Shown here piece after piece: positions 60,701 through 64,000 of a DNA stretch of 64,000 nt (positions within the stretch are counted from its first letter, which is position 1; every line of letters begins with the position of its first letter). Position numbers and translations under genes: made by a program. Source of the DNA: Macrostomum lignano (taxonomy: Eukaryota); assembly GCA_002269645.1 (NCBI GenBank), contig NIVC01003397.1, positions 35,824 through 99,823 of the forward strand. The letters are read 5' to 3'. Below the pieces are notes generated by a model. That model searched no databases, had not been told where the DNA came from, and saw only the letters and a list, made by a program, of their open reading frames with translations.

Positions 60701-63700
60701 AGAAGAGAAGAGACAGGGGATAGTGGAAAGGAGGAAAGAAAGATGGGAGATAAGAAAGTAGAGTGTGAGAGCGTATATGAGATATGAGAAATGAGAGCAG
60801 AAAGGAGAGAGAGGGTAAAAAGAGACGATAGATAAGTGAGTAGGGATGACATATGAGAGAGGAGAGAAGAGGGAGAGAGAAGAGAGAAGAAAATAGACAG
60901 GAGACAGAAGTGAAGAGGAGAGATATGAGAGAAGAGAGGAGACAAGAGACAGGAGAGGGTACACACGAAAGACGAGGGAGAAGAGATACATAACGGAGTA
61001 GGGGTAGGGATAAGATGAGAGAGAGGAGAGAGAAGAGAGTCACGATAAAATGCGAAGAGAGGAGAGAAAAGATATGAGACTTGAGAGTCTTTGAGCTATG
61101 GTCTTTGAAATGTTTTGTAAAGAATTTGGAGACAATTTGGAAGATAGGGTTCAAGACATAGAATTTCAGTTGATGGATATTTCAGGGAATGGAATTCCGG
61201 TGATGGGAGTTCTTCCCCTTTCTCCTCCGAAGGAGGATTTCCACTCGTCTATCTATCTATATATACTAAAGTTGACGTGTTGTTTGTCTGTCTGTCTGTG
61301 TGTGTGTGTGTGTGTGTGTCATTTCGACAACTCCTCCTTGAATAGTGGCAACTCAGCGTTGAAACTTATATGGGAAGATTGGAAATTATCCGAGGTCGGC
61401 TATAGGCTATTTTAATTCTGAAATTTTAATTTCTAAGATCCTCAAAAAAGCAGAAAACGGCGGTCTTGACCTTTGATAATCTTAATTGTCCCCTCTTTCT
61501 GCTTGGAGCTGAAAAATGCATGAATTTTTAGTGATTGCGCCACAACTTTTCCCTATCTCTGTAGTGTATTTTCTTTCCAGTGGGGGTGGGAGCGTTCTCA
61601 GTGGCTGCGTGTGTACACTTGGACCCTGGCTCACTGGCTGACTTTATAGATAATTGCGCAATGATATGGCTACTGATAAGTTTTCCTGCCTTTCAATGGG
61701 CAGTCCTGTGTATTTGTTGGACATTGAAATTCAATGCATCAACTTGCAAGCAGGCAGTGAACGTACACTCGATACTTCAATGCTATAAATCAGACAGTTT
61801 CAAACGCTAACTGTTCCTCGAGTTTTAAACTTTGAGAGGAGAAACTTATATTGCTGGCAAGATCTTGCAACGCAGAGTTCGGGGATGTAAGTTGTTTGCT
61901 TTAAATATGAAAAGAAAAAGCACAGCATTTGAAAAACTATTTCCATACTTTTAACTTTCTGCAAAGATTGTACTTTAATCTGCAAAGATTGTTGGGGGGA
62001 GGGTTCAACTTCTCACTGCTGCTGTGTATTGGAGGGTTGATTTAGATTGCGCAATGTTTTTGTTAACTTTACCTGAGGCTGATACTGACTGACTGTGAAA
62101 TCGGTTGCGCAATGAATTGATTCAATTAGTTCAATATTTTTATCTGTGCCTTTTAACACGAAGCTGTGCGTAGTTCTAACCCTAACCCTAACCCTAACCC
62201 TAACCCTAATGAATCTGGCGAGTTGAGTTGTTTGACGGAAAAAATTCGATTAAGTCAAGTTTAGCGGAGACGATTTCAATGTTTAAATTTGACGGAGAAG
62301 ATTTCTGTTTCGTGGAGAGGATTTCGATGATGTTCAGTTTCACGAAAGGATTTCCATGGTGTTCAGTTTCACGGAGAGGATTTCGATCATGTTCAGCTTC
62401 ACGGAGAGGCTTTCTGTTTCGCGGAGATAATTTATGATTGATTTCTGTTTTATGGAAACAATTTTGATGGATTTAAGTTTCAAGGAGAGGATTTCGAAGG
62501 AGTCCAGTTTCACTGAGAGGATTTCGATGGTTTTTAGTTGCACAGACAGGATTTTTGCTTCGCGGAGAGGATCTTGATGGATTTGGCATCTTCAATCAGT
62601 CAGAGAAGAGAGTAAAGAGAAGACTGAAAAGAGAAGAGAGAAGAGATGATAGAAAACAGAGTATAATTGAGTGGAGAGATTAGACATGACAGATTGGAGA
62701 TGATAGGAGAGAGAATAGATGAGGGATAAGAGCGTACAGAGGCAATAGAAGAGAGGGAGAGTAGAGGAGAAAGAAAGAGTGAGATGAGGAGATGAGGATG
62801 AGAGAGGAGGGGAGAGAGGAGACAGGAGAGAGTACAGACGAAAGACTAGGGAGAAGATATAAATAAGGTAGTAAAGATGAGAGGAGAGAGAGGAGAGAGA
62901 AGCGAAAGAGAAGAGAGTGAGGAGAGAGGAGAGATATGAAAGGAGCAAGGAAAGGAGAAAAGAGAGAATGGAGAGAATAGAAAAGAGAGAAGAGAAGAGA
63001 CAGGGGATAGTGAAAAGGAGGAAGAAAGATGGGAGACAAGAAAGTAGTGTCAGAGCGTATATGAAATATGAGAAATGAGAGCAGAGAGAAGAGAAAAGAG
63101 AAGAGAGAGAGAGGGTTAAGAGAGACGATAGATAAGTGAGTAGAGATGACATATGAGAGAGGAGAGAAGAGGGAGAGATAAGAGTGAAGAGAGGAGACAG
63201 AAGACAGGAGAAGGTACAGACGAAAGACGAGGAGAAGAGATAAATAAGGGAGCAGGGGTAGAGATGAGATGAGAGAGAGGAGAGAGGAGATATGAGAGAC
63301 TTGAGAGTCTTTGAGCTATGGTCTTTGAAAGATTTTGTAAAGAATTTGGAGACGATTTGGAAGATAGGGTTAAAGACATGGAATTTCAGTTGATGGATAT
63401 TTCAGGGAATAGAATTCCGGTGATGGGAGTTCTTCCCCTTTCTCCTCCGAAGGAGGAGTTCCACTCGTATATACTAAAGTTGACGCGTTGTTTGTCTGTC
63501 TGTCTGTGGTCATTTCGACATCCTCCTTGAATAGTGCAACTCAGCGTTGAAACTTATATGGAAGATTGGAAATTATCCGAGGTCGGCTATAGGCTATTTT
63601 TAAATTTTAAATTTTAAGATCCTCAAAAAAGCAGAAAACGGCGGTCTTGACCTTTGATAATCTTAATTGTCCCCTCTTTCTGCTTGGAGCTGAAAATTTG

Positions 63701-64000
63701 CATGAATTTCAAGTGATTGCGCCACAACTTTTCCTATCTCTGCAGTGATTTTCTCTCCAGTGGGGATGGGGCGTTCTCAGTGGCTGGCGTGTGTAACATT
63801 GGACCCTGGCTCACTGGCTGACTTTATAGATAATTGCGCAATGATATGGCTACTGATAAGTTTTGCTGCCTTCAATGGCAGTCCTGTGTATTTGTTGGAC
63901 ATTGAAATTCAATGCATCAACTTGCAAGCAGGCAGTGAACGTACACTCGATACTTCAATGCTATAAATCAGACAGTTTCAAACGCTAACTGTTCTCGAGT

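Larger units (their letters stand above)
48325..62207 (-). repeat. Seven short interstitial (CCCTAA)n blocks at a fixed position in family-A units
   Basis: Blocks at ~48325, 49565, 51255, 53200, 58333, 59771 and 62177, 2-6 copies each, mostly following CTGTGCGTAGTTC. Confidence 0.88.
47354..64000 (+). mobile_element. Head-to-tail array of non-autonomous Helitron-like units (family A)
   Basis: Junctions at 48593/4, 49840/1, 52286/7, 61247/8 and 63467/8: hairpin CTCCTCC-NNN-GGAGGAG, then CTCG, then directly TC(T)..ATACTAAAG..(CTGT/TTGT)n (T-ATATAC at the last junction). No Rep/helicase ORF. Confidence 0.75.

Overview
Intron-rich, repeat-rich animal genomic DNA; TTAGGG-type repeats suggest a non-arthropod, non-nematode metazoan (inference). 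Two convergent host genes are present. One is a full-length CAPS/CADPS/unc-31 orthologue (+, 7706-33422, 15 coding exons reconstructed, two GC-AG introns, one or two apparent 1-nt deletions). The other is the 3' portion of an RPGRIP1L/RPGRIP1-family ciliary gene (-, 6 exons, 46199-39415). Introns and spacers hold a Ty3/gypsy provirus with an intact IS630-Tc1 transposon of unusual DD30E spacing in its 5' LTR, a Penelope-like element (decayed hammerhead) interrupted by a P-superfamily transposon, a P-like foldback MITE, a TGT...ACA foldback with a 5-bp TSD, hAT and mariner derivatives, and a Crypton-type tyrosine recombinase gene with intact catalytic residues flanked by direct repeats. From about 47.35 kb to the end lies a head-to-tail array of non-autonomous Helitron-like units joined at exact CTCG|TC junctions behind a 7-bp hairpin. 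The units carry (CCCTAA)n, a 30-bp minisatellite and polypurine tracts. A second Helitron (TC...hairpin-CTAG, 54751-57965), carrying a 23-bp satellite and (TTAGGG)n, is nested in one unit. No rRNA, tRNA or CRISPR array was found. All family calls come from motif recognition by eye; no database search was run.
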